From: Stegostoma tigrinum
Lineage: Eukaryota
Direction of reading: 5' to 3'
NCBI RefSeq assembly: GCF_030684315.1
Contig: NC_081360.1
Coordinates: forward strand, 43,781,424-43,845,423
Length of the DNA: 64,000 nucleotides
The first letter of the stretch is position 1. Every line of letters begins with the position of its first letter. Below, one piece after another: positions 12,151-23,689 of this stretch. The notes beneath the pieces are model-generated. The model ran no database searches and was not told the DNA's origin. It worked only from the letters and a program-made list of their open reading frames with translations. The translations under genes and the position numbers were made by a program.

Positions 12151-14094
12151 CAAATTTCTAGACTCCTTACTGAGTATCAGTGTCTCTTGATTAAAATGGT
12201 AATTCCCATTCGGTTAATTTTGTATATCCCATGTGCATTGTTTTGGGCTTGTCAAGTGACTACAACATTTTAAGTCAATAATGTCCTTTTATTTACCATT
12301 TTAAGTCTGTCAAAGTTTCAGGTATTAATGTCAAATGATTAAGATTAAATATTCATAATGAATTTTCATTAGTCCTAAAAAGATGGCCAATGTCACAACA
12401 GCAAGTCTCAATGAAAAAGCCAAGAGTGGCAAAGAGGCCAGAGGGACCAGTCCAAAACACTGAGGCTGATTTTCACTGGGGAATGTAGAGCACGAGAGCA
12501 TAACCTAAGAATATTATTAAGGGATTAGTCAGCGCTGAGCGTTGAAATTTCACTACTTGTAGAACTTTGAATCTTCAGAATTGTCTGTTTCAGAGAGATG
12601 TGGCTCCAGTCTGTTTATTTTCATGCTGAGATCAGTTTTTGTTGTTTTAGTGAATAAAGATCGGGGGAGCAGGCAGGTCAGTTGAGGTAGAAGATCAGAT
12701 GTGAATGTATTGAATGACCGAGCAGCTTCAAGAGCTACTTATTCTTCGCATTCATTTTGGTTTTGCATTCTTGTGATATGCCAGTTATAAGGCAAATTCA
12801 TTTGTATCTTTCTGGAGAGTCTGTTTCTCTTTCTACACTCGCTGTACACTGAAGTTTGTGAGAGTTGGAAAATATAAAAGACAAAATATGCTTTCGAGAC
12901 GTACAGTACTTATCATGTTGCATATCGGTTTCAGAAATCTATTGTGAAAATCACTAAGATTTACTGTTGTAGATGTATGTAATGATACTAAAAATGAAAG
13001 GAGTGCGCATCCTCAGTGCCTTGTTTAACCAAAAGCTAAAGTTCAAACTTCACATGGATTCATTAATATGAATTCAATAAAAAGTCTGGATCTGTTGCTG
13101 TTTTTTCTGTTTTGTCCTGCCATCTCTTCTGAAACTGTCATTCTGTACTAAAACAGCCATGAACTTCAAACATTTCTTACTGGTATCCTGTGCAGTACCA
13201 TTCATAACTACCTCTTGCCAAAAATGTTACTGCTCCTATTAAATTGTGTAAAGGTAGCACATTGCAGTCTTCTCAAAACTGATATCCATTTCATGCCCAG
13301 CGACTCCCACAGCTTCCTAGACTACACCTCCTCTCACCCACCTTCCTGTAAGAATGTGATCCCCTACTCCCAATTCCTCTGCTAGGTCTGCTCCCAAAAT
13401 GGGGCATTCCACTCCCGAATATCCCAGAGACAGAATCACCCTTATCCTCACATTGCCCCACTAACCTCCGGATTTAAAATATCATTCTCCGCCACTTGCA
13501 ATCTGACCTCACAACCAAGGATATATTTCCCGCCCCAACCCTACCTGCCTTCCGTAGGGACTGCTCTCTCCGTGACTCCCTTGTCCACTCCACACTCCCC
13601 ACTAGCCTCGGCACCTTTCCCTGCAACCGCAGGAAGTGCTACACCTGCCCTGACACCTCTTTCCACCGCCACCCCTCTTTTGCACCCCCCGCCACCTCCA
13701 ATCCAACGACCCAAATAAACCTTCCACACAGATATTCACATGCACATCCGCTAATGTCCAATGAATCTGCTGCTCCTGATGTGGCCTCCTCTGTATTGAT
13801 GAGACCAAGCGGAGGCTCGGACACTGCTTTGTAGCGCACCTACGCTCTGTGTTCATGACAAATGACAACATCTTCCAGCCGCGAACCACTTCAACTCCCC
13901 CTCCCACTCCCTGGATGACATCTCTATCTTGGGTCTCCTCCAATGTCACTACGACGCCGCCCGGAAACTGGAGGAGCAGCGCCTCATGTTCTGCCTTGGG
14001 AGCCTACAACCTAATAGTGTCAATGTGGACTTTACTAGTTTCAAAATCTCCCCACCCCAAGCCTCATTCCATGACCACTGTCCCTCTCATCCCC

Positions 14095-14228
14095 NNNNNN
14101 NNNNNNNNNNNNNNNNNNNNNNNNNNNNNNNNNNNNNNNNNNNNNNNNNNNNNNNNNNNNNNNNNNNNNNNNNNNNNNNNNNNNNNNNNNNNNNNNNNNN
14201 NNNNNNNNNNNNNNNNNNNNNNNNNNNN
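14095..14228. other. Assembly gap (134 N)
   Basis: Run of N inside the C-rich part of the Penelope pLTR. Confidence 1.
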
Positions 14229-14351
14229 CCCACCTCACTTATCAATCCCTACCTCTGCCTCCCTGCACTCCCCTATTGCCACCCTACCTACCTTGCCCAG
14301 CCCCACCCCTCCTCTATTTATTTCAGAGCTCTCTTTCCCCCTCCTCCATTT

Positions 14352-14379
14352 CTGAAGACGGGTCCTGACCTGAAACGTC
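14352..14379 (+). ncRNA. Minimal type I hammerhead ribozyme motif (PLE type)
   Basis: CTGAAGA-C-GGGTC CT GACCT-GAAAC-GTC: intact core, stem II, palindromic ACGT stem III. Stem I is weak. Confidence 0.65.
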
Positions 14380-14832
14380 AGCTTTCCTGCTCCTCTGGTG
14401 CTACCTGGCTAGCTGTGTTCCTCCAGCTCCACACTGTGCCAATGCTGGAGTCAGAGATAACAATCTTAAGAACTGCCAATCATCTGCTTGCCAACTTTCT
14501 CTGAATTGTCACCCTAGTATATTGATTTTATAAACCATACCTTTGTTTCAAAATGTATAACTTTTACCCATTTCCCAGCTTTACCATTGTTTTCATTTTA
14601 GGGCATGAAGCTCTATTAAAATTTGAGAGACTAATGAACCATATATTTGCTAATAAAGGTTCTTGCAGTAAGTAGTAACATTTTTAATGATTCCAAAACA
14701 TTATGTACAAAATAATCCAGAAGAAGGGGTCAGCAATCTAGTTAGATAGCACTTTTTATATATTTAAATTTTGATTCTCTTTTGCTTTGTTTTTGTTTGT
14801 ATCTGCCCTAATTGAGCTCCTTTTTTAATATA

Positions 14833-15600
14833 TTAATTCAGGAATGAGAGTGTACTGGCTGGGCAGTATTTATTGCCCATGCTCAATTATCTTTTTTTAC
14901 TCAGTAGTGAGGACCTGGAATGCCCTGCCTGCAACAGAAGATTTGCCAACTTTAAGGTCATTTAAATGGTCATTGATAAACACATTGATGCTAATGGAAT
15001 AGTGTAGGTTTGATGGGCTTCAGATTGGTTTCACAGGTCAGTGCAACATCAGGGGCCAAAAGGCCTGTACTGCATTGTTATGTTCTATGTTCTATCTTTG
15101 GAAAAGGTGATGGTGAGCTGTTTTCTTAAACTGCTGTAGTTCATTTTGTGTAGGTAGATCCACAATACTGTTGAGGAATGGAGTTCTGGAATTTTGACCC
15201 TGTAATTGTGAAGGAATGCCAATATATTTCAGTTGGGATGGCGAGTGACTTGGGGGCGCGGGGAGATTTCAGGTACAGATTCTCCTATGTATCTGCTGCC
15301 CTTGCCCTTCTTGATTGTTGGCTGTGGTCATCCGTTTGGAAGTGCTGTCTATGGCTTTTTGGTGAATTCTTGCAGTCCACTTTACAGATGATAACGCTCT
15401 GCTGCTGTGAAGCATTGGTTGAGGGAGTAAATGTTGAACCAATTGAGCAGGCTGCTTTGCCCTGAATGGTGTCGAGCTTTTGGAGTTGCACCCCCCACCC
15501 CTCTCAAAGGAAATTGGTGAGTCTTCACAACACTTTTGATTTGTACATTGTAGATGGTGGAAAGGCTGTGGGAAGTCAAATGGTTCATTATCACTCATCC
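14833..15600 (-). mobile_element. CR1/L2-group LINE 3' fragment carrying a nested + strand CR1 tail (about 14893-15095)
   Basis: KLDTIQGKAACSIG peptide and the shared tail. The insert ends in TATGTTCTATGTTCTAT. Confidence 0.7.
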
Positions 15601-16149
15601 GATGTCTTCTTGCAATGTTAACAAATTTCCAGTGAGTCATCCATTTTACATTTTTGAAAAAGAGCTAACTGGGGTATTATTTCACTGCACAACTCAACAG
15701 GACCCCTTGAATATATTGATATAAAGAGACACAGGAATTTGTTTTTATTGATACATTTCTGGAGAAGAATCATAATTTGAGAAAACATTCAGATTACACT
15801 GGCAGTTTGAGAATTTGGATTCACTTCTAACATCTAGAAATTAAGAGCTATCATTAAAATTGATCATGAAGCTGCCAGGTCGATTTGAAAATCTAATTGT
15901 TTTGCTAATGCCTTTAAAAGGAAGAAAGGCAGTTGTTTACATGATCCATGTAACTTAAATATCTTGTAAATACCCTCTGAAGTGACCTAGCTGGTCATTG
16001 AGTTGCTGAAGTCGCGTAAGTAATACCAGGCTTGCCAGTGACACTGAGATCCTGAGAATGAATTCAAAACAAAAATGAAATTTCACCAGTTAGGTCTAAA
16101 TAAAAATAAAGAAAAATGGGAAATGTGTATTATATCTTCACTGAGAGAA

Positions 16150-16388
16150 AACTGGGCAACTTTTTCCACACAGTGAGTGGTACCTGTATGGAATGAGCTG
16201 CCAGATGATGTGGTGGAAGCTGCTACAATTACAACATTTTAAAAGATATGAATAGGAAGGGTTTAGCAGGATATGGGCCAAATGCTGGCAAATGGGACTA
16301 GATTTATTTGGGATGGCTGGTTGGCCTGGATGAATTGGACCACAGAGTCTATTTCTGTGCTGCATGTCTCTCTGATTCTGTCTCTATG
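16150..16388 (+). mobile_element. CR1 LINE 3' end
   Basis: GGGCAACTTTTTCCACACAG.GAGTGG...TGGAATGAGCTGCCAG followed by the CR1 tail. Confidence 0.8.
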
Positions 16389-17569
16389 GCTGCTAAATTC
16401 ATGTGTTAAAGGTTCCTTCTCTTAGTTCAGTTGTATCTGCTGCTGCTGTGAACTGTCTGAATGTCTTCCGCTTAATTGAGCAGTATTGTAGCTTGGGTGT
16501 GACAATAACTCAAACAAATGCTGTGGGGGCAAATTATCAGTATGTTGTCTCAACAACTGTACAGAAAAAGAAACAGTTAATATTTCAGGACAGTAACCTT
16601 TTAGCTATGTAAAATTTTCAGCAAATGGTAGGTGTGATAAGGGTGTTCTTTAATCAGGCTGAAGACAGGGCATAATGACCGATAGAACAAATTAGTGCTG
16701 TTGGCCTAAAAGGAATGGAGTTGGGACGAGTAAAGAAATGAAAGAAACAGAAGTTGTGCCTAGATCAGGTGTATTGCTGTTTGGCCCAAAAAAAAATGTG
16801 CTTGCAGTACAAAGATAGCATCCCTACCCCTGGGTTACAAGGCCCAGGTTCAAGACCCACTTGATCTAGAGGTGTGTAATGACACCACTGAGCATGTTGA
16901 TTAGAAAAATCTAAACTTCAAACAATCAAAAGGAAGTAAATTGGGGGAAAAATTTACAATCTGAAATTATTAAAATCAATATTGAGTGACGAAGACTGTA
17001 AAATATCTAATTTTAAAGTATGGCTGTCCCTGAAATTGGATTGCAGCACGCCAAGGACAAAGATGTAAAGTGGAAAATTTAAATAGCACATCACTATAAG
17101 CTCAGGGTTGTGGCTGTGAACAAAATAGAGGTGTTTGAAAAGTGATCACCTAATTTGCTTTTGGCTTCCTTTTCATGTTGAAGAGTCCACATTGTGAGCA
17201 AGAACTACAGTAAACTTCCCGACCCACCAGCCTTTGTATTAATTGAATCACTTTCCACCATTTCCACTGTATGTCAGCTTGTAGCAGCCTCCAATACAAC
17301 TTGTCCTTAACTCCTCTTTTCAGCATTCTGAAGTAACCATTCCATTTGAGGTAACCTTGTCTACTCATTTAATCCAAATAAACTTCCCCACAGTGGCTTT
17401 CCAGGCCTCCCGTGCCCAAGGCATGAAATACTCTGTAGTAGTTATTTGCATGCACTTCATCCAATCTATTTTACTACGTTCGCTGCTCACCACATTTTAT
17501 TATGAAAGTATGGTTTATTCATTAAAAACCTTCATCTGCCTTCACTGAAGTAGTTCTGTACAGTCTGTG

Positions 17570-18210
17570 TATCAAGAAAAACAAACATTAGAATTTGATG
17601 TTCCCTGCATTTGCAAAAACTAAAGACACTTAGTCATGCAAGACAGTATTTGCATACATTGAGGCAACGAGAAAGTTGGATAACTGAACAGACACTTGTT
17701 CTTCTATGTCTCTATGTTTCCACGTATGTACTTCGGCAGGAAAGACCTTAGATGGTAGTCTTTCCCCATGGTGCCTTGGTGGCATTTGCCCCAAGCTTTA
17801 GCAAATCTCTCAGCAACTAGTCCTGCATCTTGGAATGAGGTCAGCTGTTAACACTGGAAGACTAGTAAGTTTCAGGCAGACCAAAGAGCATCTTTCTTAG
17901 AGTTTATGGCCCTCTAGGTGCAGCCAATGTTTGTTTGTCTTGGCGTGTGTCTCAGCACGTAGAGCATAGAATCCTGCATCATGGAGCTTCTGGGGATGAA
18001 CTTCAACAAAAACTACTGTATCATTCTCCAGAGATTCTTGACAAAGGCAAACTTCAGAAGGAGATCTACGATAGTTCCTTTGCCTCAAAGTGGATTTTTT
18101 TGGCAGTGTACAGTGGTGCATAGCATGTATGAAGGACCAGATTGGCAGTATCCTTTCCACTACAGGCCAAGCTATGTCTTGATGCTTGTGGGAAAGTTCC
18201 AGTGATGAGG
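17570..18210 (-). mobile_element. Tx1/L1-clade LINE 3' remnant
   Basis: The minus strand gives fragments such as KDALWSA.NLLVFQ, SK.QD..LRD.LKLGA.ATKAPWGKTT, recalled as a Tx1-type ORF2 C-terminus. Confidence 0.55.
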
Positions 18211-18227
18211 CCAAAGAACCACCTGTA

Positions 18228-18473
18228 TTAGCGAGTTTTGAGAAGATTTGTAGCTCGGGTTGAGTTTCTGGATGTGAGTTTGCTCGCTGAGCTCGAAGGT
18301 TAGTTTTCAGACGTTTCGTCACCATTCGAGGTAACATCAGTGAGCCTCCGGTGAAGCGCTGGTGTTTATGTCCCGCTTCACTGGAGGCTCACGGATGATG
18401 TTACCTAGAATGATGACGGAACGTCTGAAAACTAACCTTGCAGCTCAGCGAGCAAACTCGCATCCAGAACCTC
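18228..18473. mobile_element. Palindromic Penelope-derived insertion (second pLTR family) with a hammerhead motif in each arm
   Basis: Arms 18262-18358 and 18374-18473 are near reverse complements with a 15-nt loop. Flanks AGAACCACCTGTA and AGAACCTCCTGTA. Confidence 0.8.
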
Positions 18474-18930
18474 CTGTACCTTATGGTCTTATAGGTAGGT
18501 TGGTGATGATAAATTTGCTTTTCCCACCTGTTGATTCTTTTGCCTCCTGCCATGGACTCAACCTAGCAGCTGTTTCCTTTGTGACTCTGCCAGCTTGGCC
18601 AGTAGTGGTGTTGCTGAACCACTTGTGGCAATGGATGTATTGAACTCATCCACCCAGATGTCTGGTATTCACTTATGCAAGGTTTATTTTTGTTGAATTG
18701 GATAGCTTCTGACATTCTTTCAATTGGCAGAAAATTCAATTTGATGTCGCATATGTTCAATATGTACTCAAAGATTGAGGCAATGTGGTTGCACTTTTTT
18801 GGAAAATCATGCTCATTCACTTCTGCGGAGGAATTCTTGGTACTACTTGTCTGGTGAGTGAATAGATTTGCGCAGTAGTTTTATGCAGTTAGAGAGGTGA
18901 CCTGCACCTAACAAGATTTGTGTGATTTTT

Positions 18931-19243
18931 GAGATAACAAAGTGTGAAGCTGGATGAATACAGCAGGCCAAGCAGCATCTCGAGCACAAAAGCTGACGTT
19001 TTGGGCCTAGACCCTCCTTCAGAGAGGGGGATGGGGAGAGGGTTCTGGAATAAATAGGGAGAGAGGGGGAGGCGGACCGAAGATGGAGAGAAAAGAAGAT
19101 AGGTGGATTACAAGAGAGTTGCAGTGGGAGAGAGATTCCCTGAGGTTGGTCCGGAGGAAGGAGGGTAACTTCTTCAGGTTCGGCATCCCTGGAAGAGGCT
19201 TCGCAGTGAGGTTAAAATTGTATCAGAGATTATGGGAACTGCG
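18931..19243 (-). mobile_element. Solo Penelope pLTR unit with a mutated hammerhead (18995-19022)
   Basis: Same family as 12031. Imperfect flanking repeat ATTTGTGTGATTTTTGAG / AATTGTGTAATTCTTGAG. Confidence 0.8.
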
Positions 19244-19538
19244 GGAATTGTGTAATTCTTGAGCCTTGATAAGGCTTGAAACTTCCAAAAAGGGTGTTAT
19301 TCCAAGCTGAGTCTTGGATAGTTATATTTTTGCTGAAAAATCAGAATTTTTTTAACAAATTAGTACTGGTAATATTGCCAGACTTAGTTGTTGTGCTCCA
19401 ATCTGTTGAAGTTAATTGGCTAATCTAAGGTTTATGTTGCAGATCTAATTTTATAAATTTAATTTTTTTTGATAAGGTGCTGACTCAGTGTTTTATATTG
19501 CAGACTTAGACACTGCTGACTGTTCTAGTTCTGAAACT

Positions 19539-19593
19539 ATGGAAGCCACAAGCATGTTGCCCATACTGAAGAAAAGGCTAGCCTTTCTCTCAG
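19539..19593 (+). CDS. SESTD1: SESTD1 first coding exon (exon spans 19504-19593): MEATSMLPILKKRLAFLS(G)
   Basis: Acceptor ttttatattgcag|, branch-like CTGAC at about 19480, ATG at 19539 in ACTATGG Kozak context, phase-1 donor CAG|gtatag. Matches the SESTD1 N-terminus MEASVILPILKKKLAFLSG. Confidence 0.95.
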
Positions 19594-20203
19594 GTATAGT
19601 ATTGTGTATGTTACTTGAGAGCTTCATGAAAGATTGTTTTGCATTCTTGGTGTAAGTTTGCCGACCTATGAATTGAGCGTTTCCAATGATGTTACTTTTT
19701 GATTTGTCATTATGGTATTTTGAAAATTATTAATACTGCATGAACAACAGACTAGGGCTACAAAGAAATTATGAAAATGTATTTTATTGATGTCTTTATT
19801 AATCAGCATTTTCTTCTTAAAATTATTGTAAGTATCAGAAATTTTATTGCTAGCATTGGAGGAAGGTTAAAACTTGGAGTAATCAATCTAGTTGTGTCCA
19901 TTATATGATTTACAATTACAGATTTCAAACAATCAGTTTGTTCAACCGTTCAAAAATTGAATCTGGTCATACCTATTTTTTCGTTGATTAACGGAAATAA
20001 TGAACGCACTAGTCCACCTTGTGTGACCATTTCTGGTGAACGGTGTTAGCTACTGCACCCACCCACACCCCCCAACCGTTTTCACCTGTCTGACAAGAAT
20101 AAGTATCCTACCATCATCCACTGTGTCAAGTTGCCTCAGACTTTTGCATATTCCAGGAAGATGATCACTCACTTTACTCAACTCTCTTGGATCTGGGTAT
20201 AAC

Positions 20204-20393
20204 ATCTGTGAAGAACAACACAGTGTTAACCTTTCGGGTCCAGTGACCCTCCTTCAGTCCCTTCCTCCTCACTGGGCCTGAAACGGTGACTCTTTCTCTA
20301 TTTTCTTCACAGATGCTGACAGACCTGCTGACCTATTCCAGCAACTTTGTTTTTGTTCTCGATTTACAGCGTCTGCAGTTCTTTCAATTTTTG
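20204..20393. mobile_element. Fold-back Penelope pLTR fragment (third subtype) inside a LINE tail
   Basis: Arms about 20204-20246 and 20269-20314. The minus strand has CTGAAGG-AGGGTCACTGGACCC-GAAAGGTT. Confidence 0.7.
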
Positions 20394-22328
20394 CCACCTT
20401 GAGGGCAATTTGAAACTGGCAACAAATGCTGGCTAAGCCAGTCACACACCCATATCCCGTGAATGAATTTTAAAAATTCAAATGTTTTTTGATACCTGAA
20501 ACTGTGCATAGCACAATTTCAGGAACACACATGCAGAAATTCAAATATGGCAAGGCATCACAGAATTTATGTGACAACATATGCGAATGCAATTCTGCAC
20601 CTGTGCTGGAAAATAGTGTTAATTGGGACCGAGGATGCAGACTGGGAAGGAATGAGAATCTCCTGGAGTGATGAAGGAAGGGGGCCTAGAGGCCAGGGGT
20701 CATGGGGGCATGACAAGTGTGCCCAACAGCCAGAAAACCCTGTCCCCATCTTTTCTCCTGTGCTCCCCTGGCATTCTGCCCCTGTCATGACTACTGCCCC
20801 ACCCATTCCAACAACGATCTTGATCTTCCCCTCATCCTCTTTCCCGATTTCTTTTCCTCACATTCTGGATCCCGATCTTGCCTCAGGGCTGCGTCCTCCT
20901 GAAACTTTGTATGCATACATACTATTGTTAACAAATGCAGCCTTAAAAACAATGCTAAGGACCTGCACAACCACAGTAAGACTTACAATCTTTTAAGTTC
21001 TGTTCCTTTTTTCTTCTAAGGGAGATGAAGTATTAAGTTGTGGGTTCCTGTAGAAGATGGATTTCTGATGAACTATTTGATTTTCAGTGAATAATCATGA
21101 GATTAAGTTGTCTGAGATGAAAGAAGGTTGATCAATAAGCTAACTTCTTGGGCTTGAGTATCTGTATGTGTGTGTGTTTGCACTTCACACCAGTCTAGCT
21201 GCAGAGCAGAGAACGTGACTTTGCAGCAGATTTCGTTTGAAATTTGGTATACTCACTGAGAGTGTTAAACTTGTTAAGATATTGCAAAAAAAAATTAAAC
21301 TTGTTAACTGAAGGATTCTTACAGTCACTTAGACCTCCCAAGTTACCCAATCTGAGGACTGGAGAGAGAGTGTTTCTAGATATAAGACTCCAGATTTAAG
21401 GTGGCTTGGAGATTTCTGACCTGAGAGGGCCATGCTTAAGATGCTACTTTGGCTTGTTTTAACTTGGAGTGTATGACCGTGGGATGGTTGGACGTGTTTG
21501 AACCTCCTGATTCTGGTTTGAATTTTGTGAGTGAAAGTCAAATGTGTGTGAAGTAAATTTGAACAAGAACTTCAGTTTAAAGTATAAGCATTTGGGATTT
21601 TAATGAATGGCCAGAAATGTGAAATACAAAATATTATAATAATGCATGTTCACTTTGTTTTGAATTAAATGGTGAACCCCAGGACAGCTTCATTTGAACA
21701 AGTGCCTGAGATTTTAGATTATATAAAAAAAGTCCAAATAAGCACATTAGTAAACTGTATAGAGATCATAAGTCTTTTCAGGATTGTCGTTGTTGATAAC
21801 AGATGATTACAGGGCAAAGAAGTTTCGGCTTTTATATATTTTCTCCCCCTAACTTTAGGTTTTGCAGGAGTTAAAATGCAAATTCCTCTCCTAGAAATTA
21901 GTTTGCTCAGAGAACTTTAAACCTGTCAAACATGATGAATTGGACTGCCCTTTTATTATTTTGCAATGACTTTGAAAAAGTGCAGTTATCAGCAAATCTT
22001 CAATGGCTTTTGTAGGAAATCTCTCTTGATTATCAGCAAACTGCATGCAACAATATTGATTTTTTTTTTCAAAAGGCCAAAATCCTGTTGTAATCTGTGT
22101 AAGGCTGTTCTTTTGCAGTATAAAGATTACATTTTTTTTTAAATTTGCAAGTCTTTTATATGAGATTTAAATTTTAATTGTACTCATAAAATGTATTCTG
22201 ACTTAATGTTAAAGTAATTCTCAGATGTACTAACCGCTTGCCCCTTGTTTACTTTCTGCAGAATAAAATTAGATCCAAATCTGTGCAGAAATGTTGAATG
22301 TCTTACTGTAGCTGATTTTTGTCACAAT

Positions 22329-22618
22329 TTAGATTAGATTAGATTCCCTACAGTGTGGAAACAGGCCCCTTGGCCCAACAAGTCCACACTGCTCCCTGAA
22401 GCATCCCACCCAGACCCATCCCCCTATAACCCACGCACCTCTGAACTTTTTGGGCAATTTAGTATGGCCGATCCACCTAGCCTGCACATCTTTGGACTGT
22501 GGGAGGAAACCGGAGCACCCAGAGGAAACCCATGCAGACATGGGGAGAATGTGCAAACTCCACACAGACAGTCGCCCGAGGCTGGAATCAAACCACGGGT
22601 CCCTGGCGCTGTGAGGCA
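22329..22618 (-). mobile_element. HE1 SINE with 8-bp TSD
   Basis: tRNA B-box GGTTTGATTCC, V-domain and (AATCT)n tail. CAATTTAG at 22325-22332 and 22617-22624. Confidence 0.92.
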
Positions 22619-22794
22619 ATTTAGGTGTTTAATTTTATTTCAACTTCATTTTAGTTTTGAAAGGACAGGTCCACTATTGCTGATGGCTATCACCTTGGGC
22701 CATTGAATCCTTGATCCAGTTCTGTGTGTGGAGTGAGACCTGGAAACACTTGTATTATTTTGCTAGATAGAGGTCCCTTGACTTGATTTCTACA

Positions 22795-22995
22795 TGATTT
22801 CTGTGGGCCAGTTGGCTGGTTTGTGTTGCAGAGTGATGCCAACAAGGTGGTTTAAGTTTCCACCAGCTGTGGATAACATGAAAGACACTGCTCCTCAATC
22901 TCTCTCCCCTAGCCTGAGCTGTGATGACCCTTGAGGTAAAGCACCATCAGTTGCCTCTCTGTAATGAGAGAGCAACCCTATGATCTGGTACTTAT
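22795..22995 (+). mobile_element. Old tRNA-derived SINE remnant
   Basis: Degenerate tRNA-like head and a GAGAGAGCAACCCTATG.TCTGGT tail recalled from shark SINEs. Confidence 0.4.
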
Positions 22996-23689
22996 TTACA
23001 TGATTCCTGAAGTCGATCTCTATTATTATCCAATCACCACACCCCACATACCTGCCAGTTTCCTGCTTTTGCACCCTACTGTGTCGCTGTTTGAGTTTCA
23101 TTTATTTTGTGGCTGGTTCTTCCATACTGTACTGAGAAAACAATTTAAGATGTTTCTTATCAGTACAATACTAAGGTCCTTGATTTTGCTTTCGTAGGCA
23201 TCACTTCCCTGGGCTGAATTCCTTGATTTATCTGTTGTTCTCCTGTCCTTTTTTCCAACACTTTTTTTCTTATGCTTTGAAATCATTTTTTTTCCCCTTC
23301 GAGCTTCTTTATTCTTGTGCCAAACAAATACCTGTAATAGTTTTAACCTCCACCAAAACTCCAACTACTCTTTCTGTGACTTTCCTGAAACTCTGTCAGA
23401 GTTTCAGGCAATGACAAGGGTGTGATTTTTATGGAGGGCCTTAAAGAAGGAAATTAAAGCAGAGAGATTTTAGAAGGGAGAGAGAGTGAACATAGATTGG
23501 AAAGGAATTGGTTGCTCGGGAATGGAGATAGTGGCAAGTGAATACTAATTCATTGCAAATGTGGAGGTGCTTCAGTTGAATATGCAAACAAATAATTGCT
23601 TACTTGCTGTGTTGAAGGAATTAGTGATGTGAGTAACCAACAGCAAAGGTGTATCTGAATCTCTAAAAAGAAAAAGGAAGCCAAATTGA

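Larger units (their letters stand above)
13275..14440 (+). mobile_element. Penelope-like element (RT C-terminus, CCHH linker, GIY-YIG, pLTR)
   Basis: TDIHFMPSDSHSFLDYTSSHPPSCKNVIPYSQF; PAFRRDCSLRDSLV; GTFPCNRRKCYTC; CGLLCIDETKRRLG; RKLEEQRLMFCLGSLQP. Frameshifted. Confidence 0.9.
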
